64,000 nucleotides of DNA, taken from positions 682,001 through 746,000 of the forward strand of contig NW_025764915.1 in the NCBI RefSeq assembly GCF_003918875.1, read 5' to 3'. Position 1 is the first letter of the stretch. The number at the start of each line of letters is the position of its first letter. The notes under the pieces are model-generated. The model did no database searches. It was not told the DNA's origin and worked only from the letters and a program-made list of their open reading frames with translations. Below are positions 63,351 to 64,000 of the stretch, one piece after another. The position numbers and the translations under genes are program-made. The stretch comes from Haliotis rubra. Its lineage: Eukaryota.

Positions 63351-64000
63351 GATGAAATAATGACTGCTCCCTTGCCTGTGTTTACGCCTTGTGCTCTCGG
63401 TGAAGGCAGTGTGAACTGGAGGGAGGAATGTTTTTCTGCAGTAGAACAGTTGCATTGTCAACCAGCGATGATAGGTGTGTGCCAATAGAAGATAGGTTTT
63501 GAATTATATTATTTTTTCTTTTGCGTTTTGTGAAGCGTCGGTTTTGAAATAGACCTTTCTGTTTATTCAATTGACTATATAACGAAAGTAAATATCTTCA
63601 TAACCGAAGACGCATTATCTCAGTAAAATATAGGTTTAGTCCTTATCTCCATTTACACAGGGCATATAGTGTTTCGTGCTTAAATGTTTGTAAACATTTA
63701 CCCGCATTAACTATTTGCCATAAAACAAACCACAGGTAACAAAGTCAATGTATATCTTTGGATTACATTTGTTTACTATGGAAAATATAATCAGCTGTAT
63801 TACCTGTCATTGCCAAAAATGTAAAACTATTTCTTCATAAAACATACAAATAAACAATATCTACAATCAAAGCAAACTTGAAGTGGATAGAAACATACAC
63901 AGCATACTACATCGGCCTACACCTCCCATTCCTCTGGCATTTAAGCAAGAAAGCCCCAATCAAAATTGCTCAGAAAACATGTAGTGAAAGTAGTTAGAAA

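Overview
Eukaryotic, AT-rich, repeat-rich DNA with three assembly gaps (19088-19224, 45655-45801, 50079-50331). It is most likely molluscan (abalone/gastropod-like), inferred from recalled SINE families and not verified. I see no intact protein-coding gene, rRNA, true tRNA or CRISPR array. Manual translation across stops and frameshifts reveals about 17 heavily decayed segments with C-type-lectin (CTL) and/or PAN/apple-like motifs. They are scattered across the window and almost all on the minus strand, consistent with a dead tandem lectin gene cluster. Overlaid on these are: a young tRNA-headed SINE (family A); a Meta-domain SINE, one copy of which has become a ~100-bp satellite; a ~250-bp headless retroposon (family B) whose fixed 5' end can fold into a compact pseudoknotted RNA (ribozyme candidate); DNA-transposon derivatives (Tc1 remnant, two TA-TSD MITEs, a 3-kb AT-TSD element, four Academ-like elements); an R4-like LINE fragment; a Penelope-like palindrome; and several mini/microsatellites. 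All protein-family assignments are by eye and need HMM confirmation.
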